NCBI GenBank assembly: GCA_041561855.1
Contig: JBFEYZ010000001.1
Location: forward strand, 1-36,400
DNA: 36,400 nt
From: Sulfurimonas sp.
GTDB taxonomy: Bacteria > Campylobacterota > Campylobacteria > Campylobacterales > Sulfurimonadaceae
Direction: 5' to 3'
The notes beneath the pieces were generated by a model. That model was not told where the DNA came from. It did not search any database and saw only the letters and a list, made by a program, of their open reading frames with translations. Positions within the stretch are counted from its first letter, which is position 1. Each line of letters begins with the position of its first letter. Positions 1 through 8,452 of the stretch are shown one piece after another. The translations under genes and the position numbers were made by a program.

Positions 1-615
1 GCACTTCCAAAGGGACGTATAGCGCAAGAGACTCTGGAGATTTTTGAGACGATCTTCGGAGAGGGGTTTGCTTTTGACGACAGAAAGCTTATTTTGGAGA
101 CGCCGAAGTTCCGCTTTTTGCTTGTAAGAAATCAGGATGTTGCAACATATGTGTTTCATCAGGCGGCGGACATCGGTGTAGTAGGGCTTGATACACTCGA
201 AGAACAGGGCTTGGATGTTATCCGCCTTCTAGATCTTAGACGCGGCATATGTAAGGTCTCTATCGGGATGAAAAAGGGTGAGAAGTTTGATCTGAACAAA
301 CCTGAGATAAAAGTAGCTTCAAAGATGGTCAATATTACAAAACGCTACTTTGAAGAGCGTGCAGTCTCGGTCGATATCATAAAACTCTACGGCTCTATAG
401 AGCTGGCACCGCTTATCGGTCTTGCAGATATGATAGTAGATGTTGTTGAGACAGGTACTACAATGAAGCAAAACGGCTTGGAAGTGGTAGAAGATATTAT
501 GACTTCCTCGACCTATTTGATAGCAAATAAAAACAGCTACGTTGCAAAAAAAGATGAAGTTTTAGATATATATAAAAAGATAAACAGCGTAGTGCAAGCG
601 GAGCAAAAAGCCTGA
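1..615 (+). CDS. hisG: ATP phosphoribosyltransferase, short form (5' end lies outside the window)
   Basis: Frame 1 is open from base 1 (ALPKGRIAQETL...), which is the HisG N-terminal ALPKGR motif. Also has ADIGVVGLD, KLYGSIELAPLIGLADMIVDVVETGTT. Ends without the C-terminal regulatory domain. The ORF-track start at 94 is internal. Confidence 0.96.
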   Translation, partial: ALPKGRIAQETLEIFETIFGEGFAFDDRKLILETPKFRFLLVRNQDVATYVFHQAADIGVVGLDTLEEQGLDVIRLLDLRRGICKVSIGMKKGEKFDLNKPEIKVASKMVNITKRYFEERAVSVDIIKLYGSIELAPLIGLADMIVDVVETGTTMKQNGLEVVEDIMTSSTYLIANKNSYVAKKDEVLDIYKKINSVVQAEQKA

Positions 616-616
616 T

Positions 617-1300
617 ATGACAAATCTTGATCTCTATGCAAAAGCCGAACATCTCCTAGGAATAGAAGAGGCTACCGAAGCCCTCTACGATCTTTATCGC
701 TCGGAACTTGACGAGTATAAGATAAAAACGCTTCTGGACATAGGATGCGGACGCGGCGGATTTATGGAGCGCATGATCAGTGACGGCGTTGTCTGCAAGG
801 GGATCGATCTTAGCTCTGTGATGGTAGATGAGTGCATAGCAAAAGGTCTGGATGCAGAGTGCATCGACATAGCAGATGAGGGCAGAAAATATGACGCCGT
901 AGTAGCTATATTTGATGTTCTTAATTTTTTAGACCATGATGAACTGCTGAAATTTCTGGATGCAGTCGCTGCAAGGCTTAACGATGAAGGGGTGTTTATA
1001 GCAGATATTAATACTCTTTACGGCTTTAGCGATGTGGCAGAAGGCACTATGAGCAACGAAAACGATAAAGAGTTTTTAGTGGTAGATGCCGTCTTTCGTG
1101 ATGAGAAGTTATACACGAAATTCACTCTTTTTGAAAAAAATGAGAACACGACATATACAAAGTATCAAGATACGATAGTCCAGTATTTCCATAAAACAAG
1201 AGTTTTTGAGAAACTGCCTTCTTTAAAGCTTGTAGAGAAACAGACGTTTTCACTCTATGATACGAAAGACAAAACGCTTCTTATTTTTAAAAAGAGATAG
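617..1300 (+). CDS. Class I SAM-dependent methyltransferase
   Basis: Motif I LLDIGCGRG, acidic GIDLS, YDAVVAIFDVLNF, L..GVFIAD; starts 1 bp after the hisG stop. Confidence 0.9.
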   Translation: MTNLDLYAKAEHLLGIEEATEALYDLYRSELDEYKIKTLLDIGCGRGGFMERMISDGVVCKGIDLSSVMVDECIAKGLDAECIDIADEGRKYDAVVAIFDVLNFLDHDELLKFLDAVAARLNDEGVFIADINTLYGFSDVAEGTMSNENDKEFLVVDAVFRDEKLYTKFTLFEKNENTTYTKYQDTIVQYFHKTRVFEKLPSLKLVEKQTFSLYDTKDKTLLIFKKR

Positions 1301-1967
1301 GCTTAGAGAGCTTATATCCCACTCCTTGAAGCGTAGATATAAAATCTATCCCTACTTTCTTACGAAGTCTGAAGATCATATTTTTTATAGCCACATCGCT
1401 CATAATTCTGCTCTCCCATATATCTCTTTGAACTCTCTCGCTGTTGATTGGTTTTGGGTTTTCTTTGATCAGCAATTCTATAAAGAGAGCCTCTTTTTTC
1501 GTAAGATCGATTACTCTATCGCCTAGCAGAAGTTCTTTTGTAAGGAAGTTGTATATAAGATTTTCACGAAGTGCTACATTCTCAAGTTGCGGCAGTTTGG
1601 AGGAGATTTTTTTCAAAAGAAGAATAAGGTCGTCATATCTTATCGGTTTTAGTTCGTAAGATATCAGGTTTAGAGGAATTGCTTTTAGGAGATACTCTTC
1701 ATCTTTATATGCGCTGAGTACCGCAATTATGCACTTATTATCGCTCTTTCTAACCTCTTGTATGAACTCCAAACCGTTTTTATTCTCAATTTTTATGTCG
1801 GCTATAATCACATCTATGCGGTTCTCTTTATATGTCAAGAGCGCTTCTTTTATAGTTTTGCAGTTGAACACTTTTTTAAAGTATAGATTTAAAAGTTTTG
1901 CTGTGTTAAATGCAAACTCCTCATTATCCTCTAAAAAGAGTAGTTGCAGCTCTTTTAATCCATCCAT
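1287..1967 (-). CDS. OmpR-family DNA-binding response regulator (REC + winged helix)
   Basis: LFLEDN, phosphoacceptor DVIIADI, LSA, KP; C-terminal LTKKE...LIELL, IFRLRKK, GVGYKL. Confidence 0.92.
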   Translation of the reverse strand: MDGLKELQLLFLEDNEEFAFNTAKLLNLYFKKVFNCKTIKEALLTYKENRIDVIIADIKIENKNGLEFIQEVRKSDNKCIIAVLSAYKDEEYLLKAIPLNLISYELKPIRYDDLILLLKKISSKLPQLENVALRENLIYNFLTKELLLGDRVIDLTKKEALFIELLIKENPKPINSERVQRDIWESRIMSDVAIKNMIFRLRKKVGIDFISTLQGVGYKLSKPISF

Positions 1968-3073
1968 GTTAGAAACTCTATTGTAAAAATAGCGCCGTCT
2001 TTTCCATTTGAGGCGGTGATGACACCGCTATTTTTTTCAATGAGAACTTTTGCAAGGTACAGACCTATGCCTGAGCTGTTTTTTGTGCTGATGGTAGGCA
2101 GAAATATCTCCTCGAAAGATTGGTCCTGTATGCCTCCGCCGTTATCTATTATGGTTATCTTTTTGTTCTCTATCTCTATGCGTATTTCAGGATTAAAAGT
2201 GTTTCTTAGTTTAAATATCTCTCTTGAGTTGTTTAAAATCGCAAAAACAACTTGTGAAAACTCATTGACGTTTCCGTATATAGGCTCTTTTTCATGGGAG
2301 ATTATATATATCTTTATATCCTCAAAATAGAATGTTCCTTCTATGATCGTCAAGATGTCAATAACCGCATCTGTGATAAAGAACTCTTTGTTGTCGGTAG
2401 AGGGTTGGTAGAATTTTTTGAATGTTTCTATCGTTTCGGCCATAAACATAATAATATCTTCGGAGCGTTTTATTGATTTTAGGTAATCACTCTTGCTTAC
2501 ACTCGAATCTGCCTCAAACTTTGCTTTATTTAGATTATTGATGGAGCCAAGAGAAGCAAGCGGCTGCTTCCACTGATGGGCAATGTGCATTAAAAGTTCG
2601 CCTAAAGCAGCCTGTTTTGACTGCTGGAAGATCATCTGCTCTTTTATTTTGTTTTTTTGAACCTCTTCTTGAACTCTTGCTTCAAGATCTTTTTCATAGG
2701 CTCTTAGTTTTAAGTGTGTGCTGACACGCGAGAGCAGCTCATCAGGGTTAAAGGGCTTCGTTATATAATCGACTCCTCCGGCCTCAAAAGCCATCTGGAT
2801 ATCTGATGGCTTGTTTTTTGCACTTAAGAATATTACAGGAATATGAACAGTGTTGGAGTTTTTTTTCAGAAGTCTGCAGACCTCAAATCCGTCCATCTCC
2901 GGCATCATGATATCTAGAAGAATCAGATCGATGCTTTTTTCATGTGTCGCTATATCGATTGCACTCTGTCCGTTTATCGCAGGTATAAGATCATAATCCC
3001 CAAGCAGCTCCATTAAAACGTCAATGTTCTCTTTTACGTCATCCACTATCAGTATGGTCTGTTTATTCTCCAT
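1955..3073 (-). CDS. Soluble hybrid protein: N-terminal receiver domain + histidine kinase
   Basis: ILIVDD...LILLDIMMPEMDG...DYITKP; H-box IAHQWKQPL; G1 DNGGGI; G2 GIGLY; no transmembrane segment seen. Confidence 0.92.
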   Translation of the reverse strand: MENKQTILIVDDVKENIDVLMELLGDYDLIPAINGQSAIDIATHEKSIDLILLDIMMPEMDGFEVCRLLKKNSNTVHIPVIFLSAKNKPSDIQMAFEAGGVDYITKPFNPDELLSRVSTHLKLRAYEKDLEARVQEEVQKNKIKEQMIFQQSKQAALGELLMHIAHQWKQPLASLGSINNLNKAKFEADSSVSKSDYLKSIKRSEDIIMFMAETIETFKKFYQPSTDNKEFFITDAVIDILTIIEGTFYFEDIKIYIISHEKEPIYGNVNEFSQVVFAILNNSREIFKLRNTFNPEIRIEIENKKITIIDNGGGIQDQSFEEIFLPTISTKNSSGIGLYLAKVLIEKNSGVITASNGKDGAIFTIEFLTWMD

Positions 3074-5867
3074 TTAATAACTCCTTTGCTTCGCTGAACT
3101 TATATTTTTGTATCAATCTTTTTACCTTCTCAAATGTATCTTTATCTTTTTCGTGCAATTTATACATCTGTATCTCTTGAATAATCGGTTCACACTTTTT
3201 CGGGCGTCTTGATGCCACTGCACTCTTTAATTTTAAAAATAGAGCCTCTTTTTGCTCTTTGTCAATTGTAAGAGTCCCTTTTGCAGTGTCAAAAGAACTC
3301 TCTTCTTTAATGATGCTTTGTCTCTCTATTTTTGAAGGAGGTCTTGCCTGTTCTAGTTCGATTTCAAAAATAAAGCTGCTTCCCTCGCCAAATGTGCTCT
3401 CGACCCAGATCTTGCCATTCATCAGTTCTACAAGCTCTCTGCAGATCGCTAGTCCCAGACCCGTACCTCCATATTTTCTTGTGGTACTCTCGTCTGCCTG
3501 CGTGAAAGAGTCAAACAGGTTCTCGATCTGGCTTTGCGATAGACCGATTCCGGTGTCGCTGACTTTAAATCTAAACCTGTTTTCAGAGATCCTATCTACA
3601 AAAATCTTTACATAGCCGTTATGCGTAAACTTGAGCGCATTTGATGTAAGATTTGAGAGTACCTGCATAATCCTGAGACTGTCTCCGTAAACGTGCATCT
3701 CATCAGATTTATTGTATATTATCTCAAATGTAAGACCCTTCTGGGCAGCTTTTATTTTCGTTATATTGTTGATGCTGTCGAGGGTTTCGATAAGATTGAA
3801 ATCACTCTTGTTTATTTTCATCTTTTTTGCTTCTATCTTTGAGAGGTCCAGAATGTCATTTAAAAGAGAGAGCAGGTCGTTTGATGCATTTTCTATGATT
3901 TGTACGTATTGAAGAAGAGGCTGCGTAGTTATGTTTTTCTTAATAAGATAAGCCATGCTTACGATGGAGTTCATAGGTGTTCTTATCTCATGCGACATAT
4001 TTGCCAAAAAGTTGGACTTGATTTTTGATGCCTCTTCCGCTTTCGTTCTTGCGTTGTCTAACTCTCTGTTTAAGAGAGAGAGTTTTCTGATCCAGTATGT
4101 CACGCCAAGAGCTATAAGTCCGACAACTGCTAAAATCTTCCATATAAGAGAGTAGTTGACGCCGCTTTCATAATTAATGGCTATCCATTTATTAAGTATC
4201 TTTTGCTTTTCATCATCACTTACCGAATAGATCGCTTTTTCAAAAACTGCCAGCATTGTAGGGTCGTCATTTCTTACGCCTATGCCAAGCTCCCACATAT
4301 CATCAAATTTACCTGCAATTTTTAGCTCTCCTGTGAACTCTTTTTGAAAGAAGTATCCGACACTTGCCAATGTTCCGATGTAACCGAACAGTTCTCCGTT
4401 TCTTACTTTCTCAAGCCCGTCCCTCGCACTTTTAACATCGACAATATCAAGCGAGGGGTATTTTCTTTTTAATATCTCATTATAGGAGTATCCCTCTGGA
4501 ATACCAATCTTTTTATCTCCTATGCTTTCAAAATCTGCTATAAAGGCTACGTTTGGTTTGGTGGCAAGTACTACTGGTATTCTTAAGTAGGGAGATGTGA
4601 AGTCAAGATACTCTTTCCTCTCTTTTGTCTCCATTGCAAGAGGCAGGATATCGCATTTTCTCGCCTTTGCAAATTCAAGAGACTGCATCCAATTATCTGT
4701 TTTGATAACTTTAATTGGAATAGAGAGGTTTTTTTGAAACAGCTCAAAGTAATCAGCGCTCAATCCTACGTGTTTTTCGTCTTGAAAACTCTCAAATGGC
4801 ATCCAGTGAGGGTCTATGCAGGCGGTTATGACCTTTTTGTTCTCCAGATAAATCTTTTCGCGTTCGCTTAGAGTGGGTATCGCTTCGCTTAAGATGTTTT
4901 CGTTTTCATATATTATGTCATCACCATGTATTATATTGTCGAAAACATAACTTGAGAGGAGTTTTGAGAGTTCAAAGCCGTCTTTAACAAGACCTAAGTT
5001 TACGTACATCTGTGCGTTTAACTGTATGAGCTCGGGTACGGTAGCTCCTATTTTAAATATATTTGTTTTAAAAAGCTTCTCTGTAACGCTCGCTTCATAA
5101 AGAAGAGATTCTTTGGATTTTGCTTTTGAATATTTGTCGTAAATAAGCTCAATTATCTCTTGTTTATTCTTAAATGCATACTCCCAGCCTCTATTTGTGG
5201 CTTTTGCAAACTTCTCTACCATCTCTGGGTTGCTGCGAGCCATCTCTTCTGAAGTAAATAGTTCAAGATCGTATGAGTAGATACCGGAATCTGCCGGATT
5301 TAAAATATTATATTTGATACCGTCTTTATTTAGAAAGTAGGGCTGATTTGAGATAAAGATCGACATTGCATCGACTTCACCGCTTTTAAACTTCTCTATA
5401 CTGAAGTCATGACTTACAAGAGTATACTCGCCGCTTTTTAAGCCTCCCTCTTTTAAAAGCACTCCTATGCTTGTATGGTCTATTTCATATGGCAGAGCCA
5501 TTATTTTTTTGCCTCTGAGCTGCTCAACTGTCGTTATATCTGGTTTTACCGCAAAGGAGAGAGCATTTTGTTTAAAATATGAGGCAATAAGAACGACGGG
5601 CTTGTTTTGTAGCCTGTCTAAAATCAGTGAAGATGAGGAGACGCCGAATGTGGCTCTTTTTTCTATAACTTCATCGCTGATGTCTATACCGTCTACATAC
5701 TCTCTAAGCTCAACATCAAGCCCTATGTCTCTGTAATACCCTTTTTTTATTGCAGCATAAAATCCTGCAAATTCAAATTGGTGTTTCCACTCAAGTTGTA
5801 CGGAGACTTTTTGCGTAGAAGCCATTATGATGGTCGAAAAAAGTAATAAAATCAACAGTTTTAGCAA
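3063..5867 (-). CDS. Membrane sensor histidine kinase with periplasmic NMT1/THI5-like and amino-acid-SBP (PBPb)-like domains
   Basis: Signal peptide; QLEWKHQFEFAGFYAAIKKGYYRDIGLDVEL (NMT1/THI5-type SBP start); DPHWMPFE...G.SADY (PBPb); TM ILAVVGLIALGV; [14 protein letters not shown]; NALKFT; DTGIG; [12 protein letters not shown] start with AAGGA upstream. Confidence 0.9.
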   Translation of the reverse strand: MLKLLILLLFSTIIMASTQKVSVQLEWKHQFEFAGFYAAIKKGYYRDIGLDVELREYVDGIDISDEVIEKRATFGVSSSSLILDRLQNKPVVLIASYFKQNALSFAVKPDITTVEQLRGKKIMALPYEIDHTSIGVLLKEGGLKSGEYTLVSHDFSIEKFKSGEVDAMSIFISNQPYFLNKDGIKYNILNPADSGIYSYDLELFTSEEMARSNPEMVEKFAKATNRGWEYAFKNKQEIIELIYDKYSKAKSKESLLYEASVTEKLFKTNIFKIGATVPELIQLNAQMYVNLGLVKDGFELSKLLSSYVFDNIIHGDDIIYENENILSEAIPTLSEREKIYLENKKVITACIDPHWMPFESFQDEKHVGLSADYFELFQKNLSIPIKVIKTDNWMQSLEFAKARKCDILPLAMETKERKEYLDFTSPYLRIPVVLATKPNVAFIADFESIGDKKIGIPEGYSYNEILKRKYPSLDIVDVKSARDGLEKVRNGELFGYIGTLASVGYFFQKEFTGELKIAGKFDDMWELGIGVRNDDPTMLAVFEKAIYSVSDDEKQKILNKWIAINYESGVNYSLIWKILAVVGLIALGVTYWIRKLSLLNRELDNARTKAEEASKIKSNFLANMSHEIRTPMNSIVSMAYLIKKNITTQPLLQYVQIIENASNDLLSLLNDILDLSKIEAKKMKINKSDFNLIETLDSINNITKIKAAQKGLTFEIIYNKSDEMHVYGDSLRIMQVLSNLTSNALKFTHNGYVKIFVDRISENRFRFKVSDTGIGLSQSQIENLFDSFTQADESTTRKYGGTGLGLAICRELVELMNGKIWVESTFGEGSSFIFEIELEQARPPSKIERQSIIKEESSFDTAKGTLTIDKEQKEALFLKLKSAVASRRPKKCEPIIQEIQMYKLHEKDKDTFEKVKRLIQKYKFSEAKELLNGE

Positions 5868-5954
5868 AATAGATCCTTTGATGATAATATTTTATCCTAT
5901 AAAAGTCTCAAAATAATCTCAAAATATAATTAAGGCATTTTTGTGACAAAATGG

Positions 5955-5963
5955 TGATATAAT
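5955..5963 (+). promoter_or_regulatory. Extended -10 element (TGaTATAAT) for the REC-GGDEF gene
   Basis: TGATATAAT lies 5 nt before ATG 5969. Confidence 0.55.
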
Positions 5964-5968
5964 TTTTT

Positions 5969-6853
5969 ATGGAAAAAATAAAAAAGACTATTTTGGTAGT
6001 AGATGATACAGAGACAAATATAGATATTTTGCTTGAATTACTCTCAGATAAGTATGATGTGGTTGTTGCTATTAACGGCAGGAGTGCTTTTGATGCTCTG
6101 GAAGACAACGAAGTTGATTTGATACTTCTGGATATTATGATGCCTGAAATAGACGGTTATGATGTTTGCCTCAGATTAAAAACGGGCGAGGATAGTAAAA
6201 ATATTCCTGTAATATTCATTACCGCAAAAGATGATGAAGAGAGTATCGAAAAAGCCTATGCGGCAGGCGGAGATGATTATGTGTCCAAGCCTTTTAAGCC
6301 CCTTGAACTGTTGGCTAGAATAAAAATTCAGTTAAAATTAAAAGAGCTGATAAACCATCTTAATTATATATCTTCATATGATGAGATGACCGGGATATAT
6401 AACAGAAGAAAGTTTTTTGAACTCGGAGAAAAGAAGTTTGAGCAGAGTGAAGATGAACTATACGCCGTGATGATAGATATCGACAAGTTTAAGAATATAA
6501 ACGACAGTTACGGACATCCCACTGGAGACAAGGTTATAAAGCTTGTTGCCAAAACAGTATCGGAGCACCTCACGCCGGATGCTGTTTTTGGCAGACTTGG
6601 AGGCGAAGAGTTTGCAATATTGTGCAGCTGCCCGTTCCCAAAAAGCATCTCAGAGAATATTGAGAGCATAAGAGCTGCTGTGGAAGAGCTAGAAATTCTT
6701 TCAGATGCAGGTGAGAGTATAAAACTTACGATCAGCGAGGGCGTTGCTAAAAGAAACAGTTCTATAAAAAGTCTTGATGAACTTCTTAGAATAGCTGATA
6801 TAGCGTTATATGAGGCAAAAGGTTTGGGAAGAAACAGGGTAATTTTTAGATAA
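5969..6853 (+). CDS. Response regulator diguanylate cyclase (REC-GGEEF, WspR-like architecture)
   Basis: REC (VVDD, LILLDIMMP, KP); DEMTGIYNRR, DIDKFKNINDSYGH, RLGGEEF, ADIALYEAKGLGRN. Confidence 0.94.
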   Translation: MEKIKKTILVVDDTETNIDILLELLSDKYDVVVAINGRSAFDALEDNEVDLILLDIMMPEIDGYDVCLRLKTGEDSKNIPVIFITAKDDEESIEKAYAAGGDDYVSKPFKPLELLARIKIQLKLKELINHLNYISSYDEMTGIYNRRKFFELGEKKFEQSEDELYAVMIDIDKFKNINDSYGHPTGDKVIKLVAKTVSEHLTPDAVFGRLGGEEFAILCSCPFPKSISENIESIRAAVEELEILSDAGESIKLTISEGVAKRNSSIKSLDELLRIADIALYEAKGLGRNRVIFR

Positions 6854-6919
6854 CTTGATCTGAGTCTTATTTTTATAAATATAAAAATGATACTATACTA
6901 TGATTAAAGAGGGAGTTTA

Positions 6920-8452
6920 GTGGGAATGAGAAGAGATTTTAACGCGAATGATATTCAAGTTAGAGAAGCTCTGATGAAAATGGCTTCTGTTCATCTCTTT
7001 TTTTCTTCCGCCGCTCTTTTTATATGTATACTTATTATAGTGATCGCTCTGTGGGAGATTAACTCTCATGCCTTTTTACTCTCTTGGCTCTTCAGTGTTA
7101 CTCTTATCTTAATAGCCAGAGATATTCAAGCTTATATATTCTTAACAAGATCGCCTAATATCAAGTTGGAAGTTTACGAGAAAAGATTTAAGTTCTGCAC
7201 TATTACTACTGCATTTATCGTGAGTGGAGGGCTTAGCTTTTTGCTCCTAAACAGCGAGCCTTTTTATCAGACCTTTTTGACTATGATCGCTGCCGGCCTC
7301 TCCGCAGGAGCGGTAATGACCCTCTCGACATATAAAAATATAATAATGTACTATCTTATAATCCTCCTGCTTCCTATTATCTTTGTGGTTTATATGCAGG
7401 GCACTTATATCCACTCTTTAATGGCGCTTCTAATAACTCTTTTTTTAATAATGCTTATAATCTTCTCTAAAAAATATAACAGCAGTATAGTGCATGTAAT
7501 CACTTCGCGTCTGCTTTACGAAGAGGCAAAGAGAGAGGTGAAATTTTCAAACGATCGTTTTGGAAAGCTTTTTGAACAGGCGCCTATTGCTATGTGCACT
7601 TATGACAGAGATCTTATAGTAACAGAGGCAAATGAGGCTTTTTTAAAACTATCATCTATGAGTTTGAAAGAAATCGTCGGACTGGACATTAAAAAACTTC
7701 CGGATCAATCTCCTAGAAAATCTTTAGAGGCGGTTTTTAAAAAAGAGAAGGGAAGCTATGAAGGAGCTTATCATACACTGTTTTCCGATAAGGATATATG
7801 TGTTAGCATAATGACCATACCGATGAGTGATATAGAGGATAATGTAGTCGGCGGCTTGGCGATAATATCCGACATAACGCAAAAGGTCGAAGCTGAAAAA
7901 GCTATAAGACATCATGCTTTTTATGACCATCTCACAGACCTTGCAAACCGTTTCTCTTTTCATGATCGTTTAAAACAGCAGTTATTCAGACTTCAAAGAC
8001 ATAAGAGGATGGGTGCTTTAATATTTATAGATATAGACTACTTTAAAGATATAAACGACTCTCTGGGGCATGATGCCGGTGATGAGGTGTTAAAGAGTTT
8101 CTCTCAAAGAATATCGTCCATGATAAGAAAAGAAGATACGGTCGCAAGACTCGGCGGTGATGAGTTTGTTGTTTTGCTCTCCGATCTGAGCGATAGTGAG
8201 TCAGAGGCGCTGGAGATGACACGAAACGTAGCGCAAAAGATACATAGCGTTATGGAAAAAGGTATGTATATAGGTGATATGGTTATAAACGTGACTCTAA
8301 GCTTGGGAGTCGCAATTATAGGCAAAGAGGGCGAAACTATAGATGAGTCTCTAAAGCATGCGGATATAGCTATGTATCAAGCCAAAGAGGCAGGAAGAAA
8401 CTGTACCCGCTTTTATAGTCGTATCAACGGCAGAAGAACTAGAGAGGTTTGA
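6920..8452 (+). CDS. Membrane-bound PAS-GGDEF diguanylate cyclase
   Basis: About six N-terminal hydrophobic helices; PAS-like (LFEQAPIA...N.AF...DIT); DHLTDLANR, DIDYFKDINDSLGH, RKED I-site, RLGGDEF. GTG start with GAGGGAG upstream. Confidence 0.92.
   Translation: MGMRRDFNANDIQVREALMKMASVHLFFSSAALFICILIIVIALWEINSHAFLLSWLFSVTLILIARDIQAYIFLTRSPNIKLEVYEKRFKFCTITTAFIVSGGLSFLLLNSEPFYQTFLTMIAAGLSAGAVMTLSTYKNIIMYYLIILLLPIIFVVYMQGTYIHSLMALLITLFLIMLIIFSKKYNSSIVHVITSRLLYEEAKREVKFSNDRFGKLFEQAPIAMCTYDRDLIVTEANEAFLKLSSMSLKEIVGLDIKKLPDQSPRKSLEAVFKKEKGSYEGAYHTLFSDKDICVSIMTIPMSDIEDNVVGGLAIISDITQKVEAEKAIRHHAFYDHLTDLANRFSFHDRLKQQLFRLQRHKRMGALIFIDIDYFKDINDSLGHDAGDEVLKSFSQRISSMIRKEDTVARLGGDEFVVLLSDLSDSESEALEMTRNVAQKIHSVMEKGMYIGDMVINVTLSLGVAIIGKEGETIDESLKHADIAMYQAKEAGRNCTRFYSRINGRRTREV

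Noticed and set aside
94-615. ORF-track start of hisG at 94
   Set aside because: The frame is open to base 1 and contains ALPKGR; the real start is upstream of the window.
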